From Actinomycetes bacterium (GTDB taxonomy: Bacteria > Actinomycetota > Actinomycetes > S36-B12 > GCA-2699445), in contig JAHZKU010000228.1 in NCBI GenBank assembly GCA_022600255.1, positions 1-38,308 on the forward strand: 38,308 bases of DNA. Direction: 5' to 3'. Made by a program: the position numbers and the translations under genes. Below the pieces are notes generated by a model that was given only the letters and a program-made list of their open reading frames with translations, was not told the DNA's origin and did no database searches. Positions 17,561 through 26,591 of this stretch are shown here, one piece after another (the stretch's first letter is position 1; the number at the start of each line of letters is the position of its first letter).

Positions 17561-20125
17561 ATGATTGAATCCCATTTCCCCAAAATGCCAGAACGTCCCT
17601 CGTTAGAAGGGCTCGACGGAAAATGGGCGTCCGTGTGGCGCCAGAACCGCGCCTATGAATTCGATCGCACGAAGACCCGGGCGGAGGTTTTCAGCATCGA
17701 TACTCCCCCACCAACCGTCAGTGGGTCCTTACATGTGGGGCACGTGTTCAGCTACACCCATACCGATTGCCTGGCGCGGTACAAGCGGATGCAAGGCCTA
17801 GAGGTCTTCTACCCGATGGGGTGGGACGACAACGGCCTGCCAACCGAACGGCGAGTACAGAACTATTACGGCGTGCGGTGTGACCCATCGCTCCCCTACG
17901 ACGATGAGTTCACCCCTCCCACGAAACCGGATGCCAAACGGCAGGTTGCTATCTCGCGTCGGAACTTCGTGCAACTGTGCGAGCAGCTGACCAATGAGGA
18001 TGAGAAGGAATTCGAAGCGCTGTGGCGACACCTGGGCCTAAGCATCGACTGGTCGCACCAGTACCAAACGATCGACAACAACGCCCGCAAGACGTCACAA
18101 CTTGCTTTTCTACAGAATCTGGCCCGCGACGAGGCCTACCAGGCCGAAGCCCCGACCCTGTGGGACATCACGTTCCGGACCGCCGTGGCGCAAGCGGAAC
18201 TAGAAGACAGAGAACGACCCGGCGCCTACCATCGCATCTCGTTCCATCCTGAATCGGGCGAGCCGGTCTACATCGAAACGACGCGTCCAGAACTTCTGGC
18301 GGCCTGCGTTGCACTTGTTGCCCATCCTGACGACGAACGGTACCAGTCACTGTTTGGAAGCAGCGTGCGCACCCCAGTGTTCGACGTTTCCGTCCCCGTG
18401 GTTAGCCATGAACTCGCCGACCCGGAAAAGGGGTCAGGTATCGCTATGATCTGCACGTTTGGCGACACCACAGACGTCACCTGGTGGCGGGAACTGCAGC
18501 TGCCCACCCGCCCCATTTTGGGTTGGGATGGTCGCATCACCGGCGAAGCACCCTGGTTGGAGAGCCAGGAGGCAAAAGACGCCTACCAGACCCTGGTGGG
18601 AGCTACCGTCTTCACCGCCAAGGAGCGCATGGTGGCCCTACTGCAGGATTCCGGCGACCTGGTGGGGGAACCACGCGCGATCAGCCATCCGGTGAAGTTC
18701 TTTGAGAAGGGAGAACGACCGCTGGAGATTGTGACCACCCGACAGTGGTATCTGCGCAACGGGGGGCGAGATGCCGCTCTGCGCGACAAACTGCTGGAGC
18801 GCGGCGCCGAACTGGACTGGCACCCGCACCACATGAAAGTACGCTATGACAACTGGGTGGCGGGCTTGAACGGGGACTGGCTGGTGTCGCGGCAGCGATT
18901 CTTCGGCGTGCCGTTTCCGCTGTGGTACGAACTGGACCAGAACGGAGAACCCCGCTACGAAAACCCCATCGTGCCTGCCGACGAAAGCCTCCCGATTGAT
19001 CCGGCCACCGACGTACCGCCTGGATTCACCGAGGAGCAGCGAGGTGTCCCGAGTGGCTTCATGGGCGATCCAGATGTGATGGACACCTGGGCAACGTCGT
19101 CCCTCACACCCCAGATCGCCGGGGGCTGGGCCACCGATGCTGACCTCTGGGAACGAGTCTCCCCCATGGATCTGCGGCCCCAGGCGCACGAGATTATTCG
19201 GACTTGGTTATTCTCCACGGTCGTGCGGTCCCAACTGCAAGACAATCAACTCCCCTGGACCCATGCGGCGATCTCGGGCTGGATTCTGGACCCTGACCGC
19301 AAGAAGATGTCCAAGTCAAAGGGCAACGTGGTCACCCCCATGGCCCTGTTAGAGCAGCACGGTTCGGATGCGGTTCGGTATTGGGCCGCAAACGGCCGGC
19401 CAGGGACTGACACCGCATTCGAGGTTGGTCAGATGAAGATCGGTCGCCGGCTAGCAATCAAGATTCTCAACGCGTCCCGCTTCGTCTTGTTGCAGCAGGA
19501 TGGCCCCTCCGAAGCGGATCTGGCCGACGTGACCAACCCGCTGGACCAGTCGATGTTGGCCGCCTTGTCTGATGTCGTAACGGCCGCGACTGCCGCGTTT
19601 GAGGACTACAACTACACCAAGGCCTTGGAGGCCACCGAGACGTTCTTCTGGTCGTTCTGCGATGACTACTTGGAGTTGGTGAAGGATCGGGCCGCCGGGA
19701 ATCGCGACGCAGGCGGATCCACCTCCGCGCAGGCGGCCCTCCGGATCGCGCTATCGGCAATGCTAAGACTCTTCGCCCCGATTCTGCCGTTCGTCACCGA
19801 AGAGGTCTGGTCTTGGTGGCGGCCCGGATCGGTACACGCCCAACCTTGGCCGACCGTGGCGGACCTGCTGCCCCCCACGCAGCAGGACCCTGCGGTGTTT
19901 ACCCAAGCTGCCGTGGCCTTGTCCTTTCTCCGTAAGGCCAAGAGTGAGGCCAAAGCCAGTATGAGAACCGAGGTTGTTAGCGCGACCGCCGTTGGGTCGG
20001 CCGCGCAGCTCACCGCACTGAAACTGACCGAAGGTGATCTGAAGGCCGCAGGGCGAGTGAGCGTGTTGTCCTACGCGGACGGCGATGCCGTGGCGGTGCA
20101 AGACATCGTGTTGGAGACCACCTGA
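17561..20125 (+). CDS. valS: Valine--tRNA ligase
   Basis: 854 aa. HIGH-type motif (SGSLHVGHVFSY), KMSKS (KKMSKSKGN), and a class Ia editing-domain insert. Confidence 0.97.
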   Translation: MIESHFPKMPERPSLEGLDGKWASVWRQNRAYEFDRTKTRAEVFSIDTPPPTVSGSLHVGHVFSYTHTDCLARYKRMQGLEVFYPMGWDDNGLPTERRVQNYYGVRCDPSLPYDDEFTPPTKPDAKRQVAISRRNFVQLCEQLTNEDEKEFEALWRHLGLSIDWSHQYQTIDNNARKTSQLAFLQNLARDEAYQAEAPTLWDITFRTAVAQAELEDRERPGAYHRISFHPESGEPVYIETTRPELLAACVALVAHPDDERYQSLFGSSVRTPVFDVSVPVVSHELADPEKGSGIAMICTFGDTTDVTWWRELQLPTRPILGWDGRITGEAPWLESQEAKDAYQTLVGATVFTAKERMVALLQDSGDLVGEPRAISHPVKFFEKGERPLEIVTTRQWYLRNGGRDAALRDKLLERGAELDWHPHHMKVRYDNWVAGLNGDWLVSRQRFFGVPFPLWYELDQNGEPRYENPIVPADESLPIDPATDVPPGFTEEQRGVPSGFMGDPDVMDTWATSSLTPQIAGGWATDADLWERVSPMDLRPQAHEIIRTWLFSTVVRSQLQDNQLPWTHAAISGWILDPDRKKMSKSKGNVVTPMALLEQHGSDAVRYWAANGRPGTDTAFEVGQMKIGRRLAIKILNASRFVLLQQDGPSEADLADVTNPLDQSMLAALSDVVTAATAAFEDYNYTKALEATETFFWSFCDDYLELVKDRAAGNRDAGGSTSAQAALRIALSAMLRLFAPILPFVTEEVWSWWRPGSVHAQPWPTVADLLPPTQQDPAVFTQAAVALSFLRKAKSEAKASMRTEVVSATAVGSAAQLTALKLTEGDLKAAGRVSVLSYADGDAVAVQDIVLETT

Positions 20126-20225
20126 CCCGCCGAAACTGACCGCCTACTCACACCTAAGCACAGCTAGGCTCGAGCAACCATTGCGTTTGCAGTCGCTAGT
20201 AGCCAGACCGACCGGCTGGGGTGGC

Positions 20226-21839
20226 TCACTTCAGCCGGATCTTGACCGCGGTCTTGCTATCGCCCTGCTCGATCCAGGCACGGAGCCCCTTCTTGCTCTT
20301 GGGACTCCACTGGGAGTAGTCAACGACGAGGTCTGCTTCTTTTGGCAAAGCATTCTTGACGACTGCTTTCACACTGCGGCCCTTCTCTGGCTGCAACTCG
20401 GACTTGACGTGGACTTTCCCCGCACGACCTGAAGCGGTGGCGTACGTGACCTGCTCTTCGGCCTCGTCAATCTGCCCGAGGATCACACGCTCCCGCTGGC
20501 CCCGTGCTGCTCCCACTAGCTGCACATGGGTACCGTTCAGCTGTTCATCGGCGAATGTAATCTTGCCGATCCCAGGTTCCGGGCTGTCATAGACTACGAG
20601 ACCGGTACGTGGTTTGAGCCCAACTGCACCGACACCGTTCGCCGGTATCCTGACTTGGGTCACGCCCATCGTGAAGTCCCCCGACTGTGTCAACACGTCG
20701 GTCTGAAAGCCTTCAGGATTATGTTTGTTGTTGACACGCAGGACGAACGACTTCCCCTTCGGTATGGAGAAGCCCGGGAAGGTCCATTCCTCCCCGGCGC
20801 GCCATGGGTTGGTGGGCTTGCTGACCTTCACACCCTTCAGGCGCTTGCCGTTCGGTTTGCGGACCTTGACCTTCAGCGGGACATCGCTGACGACCGGATC
20901 GATCTGAACAGCTGTGCGGTTCGCCCCCGCACAGAACGGGCACTTCTGCTGCGCCGCCAGCTTCTTCACAGGTATCAGTCCGATCTGTTCGCTCCAGATC
21001 ATCTCCGGCTCGCCGGGCTTGGTCATCACCAAGTACTCCCACGTATTGGTGTTGGTATCGACATGAACAGCACGCGGCGTGCCCGGGTAGTTGTTGTCGT
21101 AGACAGCAATATCGAAGATGCCCTGGCCCCGGTCCAGTAGCGCGTACGGGGTGATCGCGTGCCCACCCTCGGCGCCGGTGATCACCAACACGAATGGGGC
21201 ACCACTTGATCCAAGCCCCGTTTGTAGCTGTTCGACGACCTTCCTCGGTGATGTCAGCGTGGAGGGGGTGGTGACCTGTTTTGCGAAGTTGACAGATATT
21301 GTCCGCGAGAGTTTGTTGGTGAGGCCGAGGTTGTATGTCTGGCCCACGCCTCGCTGAAAACTCTCAGCTTTGACGTAACCTTCCGCGATCATGGAGGCGG
21401 TGGTCGCCAACCCGAAACAGTGACCCCCGTCGGAGGCCTCGTTCATTGCATTCAGCCATTTCGCCGCCGTTATCGTCAGCCGACACTTCCCGGTCTTATT
21501 CCCCTCCCGACACACTTGCGGTCCGAGCATGTCACGCAGCGACTTGGCATTGGCATTCACTGGGTCCAGCGGGGCACCGAAGACGCTGTTGTTGGTATTG
21601 CTGGGAGATCCGCCGTAATTCGGGAAACCGAACCCACTGGCATAAGGTCGGAAGTCGGTTTCCACCACCACTTTGCCCTTCGGCTGCCATGCGGCAGGCG
21701 TGGGGGTATAGACCTCGTTCAACCATCTAGCGGCATCAGCACTCGTGGGCGGAGGTGGTTTCTGTTCCGCATTCGCGAGCGAAGGCACCGCAACCGTCAC
21801 CGCAAGCGCGCACCCAAAAGCCAAGAACGTCTTCTTCAT
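20226..21839 (-). CDS. Secreted Lys-rich protein of unknown function; possible papain-fold cysteine peptidase-like N-domain plus beta-rich C-terminal domains
   Basis: Sec signal MKKTFLAFGCALAVTVAVPSLANA/EQ. Ordered motifs GGHCFGLA (Cys141), EGGHAITPYA (His227), VYDNNYPG (Asp248). No family recognised with certainty. Confidence 0.75.
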   Translation of the reverse strand: MKKTFLAFGCALAVTVAVPSLANAEQKPPPPTSADAARWLNEVYTPTPAAWQPKGKVVVETDFRPYASGFGFPNYGGSPSNTNNSVFGAPLDPVNANAKSLRDMLGPQVCREGNKTGKCRLTITAAKWLNAMNEASDGGHCFGLATTASMIAEGYVKAESFQRGVGQTYNLGLTNKLSRTISVNFAKQVTTPSTLTSPRKVVEQLQTGLGSSGAPFVLVITGAEGGHAITPYALLDRGQGIFDIAVYDNNYPGTPRAVHVDTNTNTWEYLVMTKPGEPEMIWSEQIGLIPVKKLAAQQKCPFCAGANRTAVQIDPVVSDVPLKVKVRKPNGKRLKGVKVSKPTNPWRAGEEWTFPGFSIPKGKSFVLRVNNKHNPEGFQTDVLTQSGDFTMGVTQVRIPANGVGAVGLKPRTGLVVYDSPEPGIGKITFADEQLNGTHVQLVGAARGQRERVILGQIDEAEEQVTYATASGRAGKVHVKSELQPEKGRSVKAVVKNALPKEADLVVDYSQWSPKSKKGLRAWIEQGDSKTAVKIRLK

Positions 21840-21847
21840 GCGGCCAA

Positions 21848-21892
21848 CCTACCCAAGCGCGGCCTTGGGTGAGGCCCGCCTCACCCAAGGCC
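21848..21892. promoter_or_regulatory. Perfect 14-bp-stem palindrome (21861-21874 / 21879-21892, loop CCCG) plus a third copy of the arm (21848-21857), allowing a mutually exclusive alternative hairpin
   Basis: GGCCTTGGGTGAGG-CCCG-CCTCACCCAAGGCC read directly. CCTACCCAAG at 21848-21857 can pair with 21864-21874 (10 bp, one bulge). Lies 9-53 nt upstream of the 20226..21839 gene start. Confidence 0.6.
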
Positions 21893-22028
21893 CAGTAGCA
21901 AAATGGCCAAGACCCGCTCGGGCCCAGTCGCACAGCGGAGATCTCCCGCAACACTAAGTTATCTCGCATTTCGCAGACGACACGGGGTGCGGCTGGCAGG
22001 ATAGTTCCGGGACTACTCAGGGACACTC

Positions 22029-24452
22029 ATGGCATTTGGTCGAAAGAAGAATCCGCAGCCGGAGGCTGTGGATCCATCGACCCCTCCTCCGGCTCCCCCA
22101 CCCGAAACGCCCAGGGCTGGCGACCCCGCCGCACCAATTCAGACCACGGCCAGCGTTGCCGTGGCAATTCTGCCGGGGGTGCCGCTGCCGGTTTGGGCTG
22201 GACGGATGGCGCTTACCGATCAGCTATTGAACGTGCAGAGCTACGTGGCTACGGGAGAATCACTTCCAGGCTCGCCGCGGCCGGCCGGAACCCCGCCGCA
22301 ATGGCAGCCAGAGGGTGGGGTCTCCCCAGACAGCCCACGCACGCAACTATCACCGCAATGGGTAGCAGAGCCCGAAAACCTAGAACTACGCCAGACACCG
22401 ACTTGGCGGGATGAGTCCGCCGATCTCGCGCTACCCCAAGCACCTGGCTGGCAGGACGAGTCAGCCAACCTAGAACCTGGCCACACCCCTACTTGGCAGG
22501 ACGAGTCTGCTGTGGCACCACCACAATGGGTCACTGATGTCGACACGGGCGAGGATTCGGATGACGCTGCGAGCCAGGATGCTGCACCTTCACAAGACCC
22601 CAAGCAGCCAGCCTCGGGGTGGGCCGCGGAGTCAGGGCCAGGGCCGCTGTGGATAGCTGAGCCCGCCAGCCGTTCGTCACCGCCGGCAGCCGACGCTGCA
22701 CCGACTGCATCGGCAGCAGGGACTACCCCAGCCACCGAGTCGGCGACCTCCGAAAGTGTTGCTCCGCAATGGCAGCCAGTCGCGACAGCCAATCCAGAAG
22801 CGGCACCGGGCCCGGTCTTGGGACCGGAATCCGAGGCGCCCCAGTGGCAATCAGATATCGCAGCCGCTGCTGTCGCCAACGATCCGACCCCAGTTGCAGA
22901 CGCAACCGCTCCGGCCCCGCAGCCGGAACCGGAGCCCGGGAGTGGCGAAAGGGCGCACCCTGCCGAGTCGGCGCCCGCCCCTGACCGCAGCTATCCCGTC
23001 GGCTCATTGCCGCCGCCGGCCAGTGCTCAGCGACTCAACCAGCCGCCAGCACCCAGCGCCGCGAGTCGCACTGATCAGCCGATCGGTCACATTGTCTACG
23101 GACCAGGAACCAGCCCACAAACCGTAGCTAGTGCCCTACAGCAAGCCACCGACCGACCCTATGTGGGCAACGATGCATACGTGCCAGATCTGGCACCGGC
23201 CGACAACAGCCCCGCTGCGGTGCCGGCGTCGCAGGCGCCCAACGATACCGATGAGCCCGATGAACCCGAAGGGACAGGTGGGACCGGTAGTGACGGGCCC
23301 GGCCCGAGCACGGGTGGCGGAGGTTCGCCACGCCAGCCCAACTCTCCAGTCCCCGGGACACCGACCGGTTCGCCAGAGCCACGTCAATCGAGGGGCAATG
23401 CTTTCCCAAGCCCACCCTCACGCACCGCACCACCCCCTCCTCCGGCCACGCCATCCCGGCCAGCGCCACCCGCACCGCCCAGTTCTCAGAGCGATGCCAG
23501 TGCCCAAGGTGAGGCACGACCCCTAAGCCCAACAGCAGTAGCCGTTGTCGCGGCCCGCGACAAGGCGTCAACGGGTGTGAGTTCCAGTCAGCCCGTGATT
23601 GACTTGCGCGGGCCAAAGCCAACGGTCAAGCCCGGCACTGGCGGAACGGCCGTACCTCTCTCGGGTGGTGCCTCTGGGGCAGTTGATGAGTCGAATCTGG
23701 ATCTGACCGATCGGGAGGCGCCACCCAACAGTCAGTCCGCTGAGGTCTCACTGCGCTCCGCAGGCCTACCCGATTCGACAGAATCACGCGTTGACACCAC
23801 CACGAAGGACCGTAGGGGCGCAGCGCAGGCGCCACCAACCTCTGGCCGGCTCCCATTGACCACGCCCTTACCAGCGACGACAACCGACCCGGGACCCGTC
23901 GCCAGCAACTCCCCTAGGGCAGGGCGCGACCCGCACCTGGGTCGCTGGCTGATCGGGGCCAGCGCCTTGGGCGGCTTGGCCGCAGCTGGCACGGTGCTGT
24001 TTGTGAACCCAGGGGTCTTGGTCGAATCGCCGACCCCCGCACCTGCGTCGCAGATCGCCCTACCGGGCAAAGTGGCCGGAATGAAGGGCGTCGCGTTGCC
24101 CGGCAACGCCATCGTCCCGGTCCTCGCCGCTGGCGGCGCCGAACCCTTGGTGGCCGCCTACTCCGGCGATGGTCAGGGTGCGACAGTGTGGCTAACGCCG
24201 CAACCGGGAACGGCCCCAGCGGAGTTGTTTGCGGCCTACCGATCGGCCGGTGGCAAAAAGACGGCGCAGCCACAGTCGTTTAGTCCCGGCGCACGTGGCG
24301 GCGAGATGCAGTGCGCCGCAGTGAACGCCAAGAAGTCGGTGTGTTTCTGGGGAACAGGCGGCATCACCGGTGGGGCGGAAGTGACAGGGCTAAACCGTAC
24401 TAGAGCAGCTCAACTGGTCGCCGAGATGCGGACGGATCTGGAACCTCGGTAA
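22029..24452 (+). CDS. Pro/Ala-rich, largely disordered single-pass membrane protein with a small Cys-containing C-terminal extracytoplasmic domain
   Basis: 807 aa. AGGGA SD before the ATG. One clear TM helix (WLIGASALGGLAAAGTVLFV, about nt 23943-24005) preceded by basic residues. The C-terminal ~145 aa are non-repetitive, with GGEMQCAAVNAKKSVCFWG. Confidence 0.7.
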   Translation: MAFGRKKNPQPEAVDPSTPPPAPPPETPRAGDPAAPIQTTASVAVAILPGVPLPVWAGRMALTDQLLNVQSYVATGESLPGSPRPAGTPPQWQPEGGVSPDSPRTQLSPQWVAEPENLELRQTPTWRDESADLALPQAPGWQDESANLEPGHTPTWQDESAVAPPQWVTDVDTGEDSDDAASQDAAPSQDPKQPASGWAAESGPGPLWIAEPASRSSPPAADAAPTASAAGTTPATESATSESVAPQWQPVATANPEAAPGPVLGPESEAPQWQSDIAAAAVANDPTPVADATAPAPQPEPEPGSGERAHPAESAPAPDRSYPVGSLPPPASAQRLNQPPAPSAASRTDQPIGHIVYGPGTSPQTVASALQQATDRPYVGNDAYVPDLAPADNSPAAVPASQAPNDTDEPDEPEGTGGTGSDGPGPSTGGGGSPRQPNSPVPGTPTGSPEPRQSRGNAFPSPPSRTAPPPPPATPSRPAPPAPPSSQSDASAQGEARPLSPTAVAVVAARDKASTGVSSSQPVIDLRGPKPTVKPGTGGTAVPLSGGASGAVDESNLDLTDREAPPNSQSAEVSLRSAGLPDSTESRVDTTTKDRRGAAQAPPTSGRLPLTTPLPATTTDPGPVASNSPRAGRDPHLGRWLIGASALGGLAAAGTVLFVNPGVLVESPTPAPASQIALPGKVAGMKGVALPGNAIVPVLAAGGAEPLVAAYSGDGQGATVWLTPQPGTAPAELFAAYRSAGGKKTAQPQSFSPGARGGEMQCAAVNAKKSVCFWGTGGITGGAEVTGLNRTRAAQLVAEMRTDLEPR
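22377..22511 (+). repeat. Three tandem 45-nt (15-aa) repeats NLELRQTPTWRDESA / DLALPQAPGWQDESA / NLEPGHTPTWQDESA
   Basis: Coordinates derived by counting codons from 22029. The repeat is visible at both DNA and protein level. Confidence 0.85.
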
Positions 24453-25754
24453 CTAGGCGGTATCCCGCGTCGAGGATTCGTTCGAGCGGCGGCGGCGCGG
24501 TGTAATCTCGCGCGGGACGATCGTGGGATCTGCTGTTCCTAGCACTGTCTGTTCGGTGAGGATCACCTTGGCGATGTCTTTGCGGCTGAGGACGTCGTAC
24601 ATCACCTGGAGCAGAATGTGTTCCAGGATGGAACGAAGCCCGCGTGCTCCAGTGCCGCGTTCGATCGCCATATCTGCCACGGCATCCAGTGCTGCGGGAT
24701 CGAACTCCAGCTCAACCCCGTCTAGCTCAAACAGGCGCCGGAACTGGGTGGTCAAGGCGTTCTTGGGTTCGGTCAACACTGACACCAGCGCAGCTCGATC
24801 CAAGGACTTGACGGAGGTGACCACCGGCAGGCGCCCGATGAACTCCGGGATCAGTCCGAACCGCATGAGGTCATCAGGCATGACCTGACCAAAGATGTCG
24901 TCAGGGTTGGTATCCCCCAGTTCGTCCTCGGCGAGGTCCTGAGTAAAGCCAATGGGCTTGGCGCCAACACGCGCTTCGATCACACGATCTAGCCCCGCGA
25001 AGGCGCCGCCAACAATGAACAGGACGTTCGTGGTGTCAATCTGAATGAACTCTTGGTGGGGGTGCTTACGACCACCCTGCGGTGGAACGGAGGCGGTCGT
25101 ACCCTCCATGATCTTCAGCAGTGCCTGCTGCACGCCCTCACCGGAGACATCTCGGGTAATGCTGGGATTCTCACTCTTGCGGGCGATCTTGTCGATCTCA
25201 TCGATGTAGATGATGCCGGTTTCGGCCTTCTTGACGTCGTACTCGGCCGCTTGCAGCAACTTCAGTAAGATCTGCTCGACATCCTCGCCGACGTAACCCG
25301 CCTCTGTCAGCGCCGTTGCGTCTGCGATGGCGAATGGGACGTTCAGGCGCCGGGCCAGTGTCTGCGCTAAAAGGGTTTTTCCCGACCCGGTTGGGCCCAG
25401 GAGGAGGACGTTCGACTTGGCAAGTTCCACCTCAGCGTCGCGGGCCCGCTCAGCCGTACCGAACTGGAGGCGCTTGTAGTGGTTGTAGACCGCCACAGAC
25501 AACGTCTTCTTGGCAGGATCCTGGCCGATCACATACTCATCGAGGAACTCGAACAGATCGCGTGGCTTGGGAAGTTCATCCATGGGGGCACTAGTGCCCT
25601 CAGCGAGCTCCTCTTCGATGATTTCATTGCACAAGTCGATGCACTCGTCGCAAATGTAGACCCCTGGGCCTGCGATGAGTTTCTTGACCTGTTTTTGGCT
25701 CTTACCGCAGAAAGAGCACTTCAGAAGATCCCCGCCGTCGCCTACGCGAGCCAC
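24453..25754 (-). CDS. clpX: ATP-dependent Clp protease ATP-binding subunit ClpX
   Basis: 433 aa. N-terminal zinc-binding domain [21 protein letters not shown], Walker A GPTGSGKT, Walker [13 protein letters not shown] start with GGGAAGGGA SD. Confidence 0.98.
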   Translation of the reverse strand: MARVGDGGDLLKCSFCGKSQKQVKKLIAGPGVYICDECIDLCNEIIEEELAEGTSAPMDELPKPRDLFEFLDEYVIGQDPAKKTLSVAVYNHYKRLQFGTAERARDAEVELAKSNVLLLGPTGSGKTLLAQTLARRLNVPFAIADATALTEAGYVGEDVEQILLKLLQAAEYDVKKAETGIIYIDEIDKIARKSENPSITRDVSGEGVQQALLKIMEGTTASVPPQGGRKHPHQEFIQIDTTNVLFIVGGAFAGLDRVIEARVGAKPIGFTQDLAEDELGDTNPDDIFGQVMPDDLMRFGLIPEFIGRLPVVTSVKSLDRAALVSVLTEPKNALTTQFRRLFELDGVELEFDPAALDAVADMAIERGTGARGLRSILEHILLQVMYDVLSRKDIAKVILTEQTVLGTADPTIVPREITPRRRRSNESSTRDTA

Positions 25755-25886
25755 AATGATTTCCCTTCCCGGAGCGTCCCCCGACGCGATTTCAACCCTA
25801 CGACACCAACACCCACGACGGTACTACCCACTCCCGACAGATGCCTGATCCCCTAGCCGTGTTGGCAATCTGGAAGTAACGGTTTG

Positions 25887-25925
25887 GCTAACGCCTACTA
25901 CCTCAGATGGCCGATAGGCGTTAGC
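25887..25925 (-). terminator. 11-bp perfect stem-loop (GCTAACGCCTA / TAGGCGTTAGC, 17-nt loop) 6 nt downstream of the clpP2 stop; candidate attenuator or terminator between clpP2 and clpX
   Basis: Read directly. No U-tract follows on the minus strand, so it would be a tract-less (I-shaped) terminator or an RNA stabiliser/processing site. Confidence 0.45.
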
Positions 25926-25931
25926 GCTGCG

Positions 25932-26591
25932 TCAGGACTTGGCAGGCTTGGCTGGCTTGGCCTTGCGGGATTCGATCACCGAATCCACGATGCCGTACTC
26001 CGCCGCTTGTGCTGCGGTCAGAATCTTGTCGCGCTCGATGTCCTTACGGATGTCCTCTACGGACTTGCCACTGTGCGCGGCGATGATGGACTCCATCTCC
26101 GAACGCATCCGCAGGATCTCGTTGGCCTGAATCTCCAAGTCTGAGCCCTGGCCCTGGCCTTCGCTATAGGGCTGGTGGATCAAGATGCGCGCATGCGGCA
26201 GAGCAAACCGTTTGCCCGGTGATCCCGCAGCCAGCAACACGGCCGCCGCTGAAGCGGCCTGCCCCAAACACACTGTCTGAATCTGCGGCTTCACGAACTG
26301 CATGGTGTCGTAGATTGCGGTCATCGCAGTGTAGGAGCCGCCTGGACTGTTGATGTAGATACTGATATCACGATCAGCATCCATCTGTTCCAGGCAAAGC
26401 AGCTGCGCCATGACGTCGTCCGCCGAGGAGTCATCGATTTGCACACCGAGGAAGATGATGCGCTCTTCGAAGAGCTTGGTGTAGGGGTTGTGATTGCGCT
26501 CAATGCCTCCGTTACCGCGCTCCCGGAACTCAGGAACGATGTAGCGAGATTCAGGCTGAATCTGGCCTAGTTGGGACGTGGGGATTCTCAT
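25932..26591 (-). CDS. clpP2: ATP-dependent Clp protease proteolytic subunit ClpP2
   Basis: 219 aa. Catalytic Ser (GQAASAAA), His (IHQP), Asp (ERDK). ATGA overlap with the clpP1 stop at 26588-26591. Confidence 0.96.
   Translation of the reverse strand: MRIPTSQLGQIQPESRYIVPEFRERGNGGIERNHNPYTKLFEERIIFLGVQIDDSSADDVMAQLLCLEQMDADRDISIYINSPGGSYTAMTAIYDTMQFVKPQIQTVCLGQAASAAAVLLAAGSPGKRFALPHARILIHQPYSEGQGQGSDLEIQANEILRMRSEMESIIAAHSGKSVEDIRKDIERDKILTAAQAAEYGIVDSVIESRKAKPAKPAKS

Noticed and set aside
22241-22879. 212-aa minus-strand ORF opposite the 807-aa gene
   Set aside because: Antisense shadow within a repetitive GC-rich region. The plus-strand ORF is far longer, has an SD and a TM/C-terminal domain architecture.
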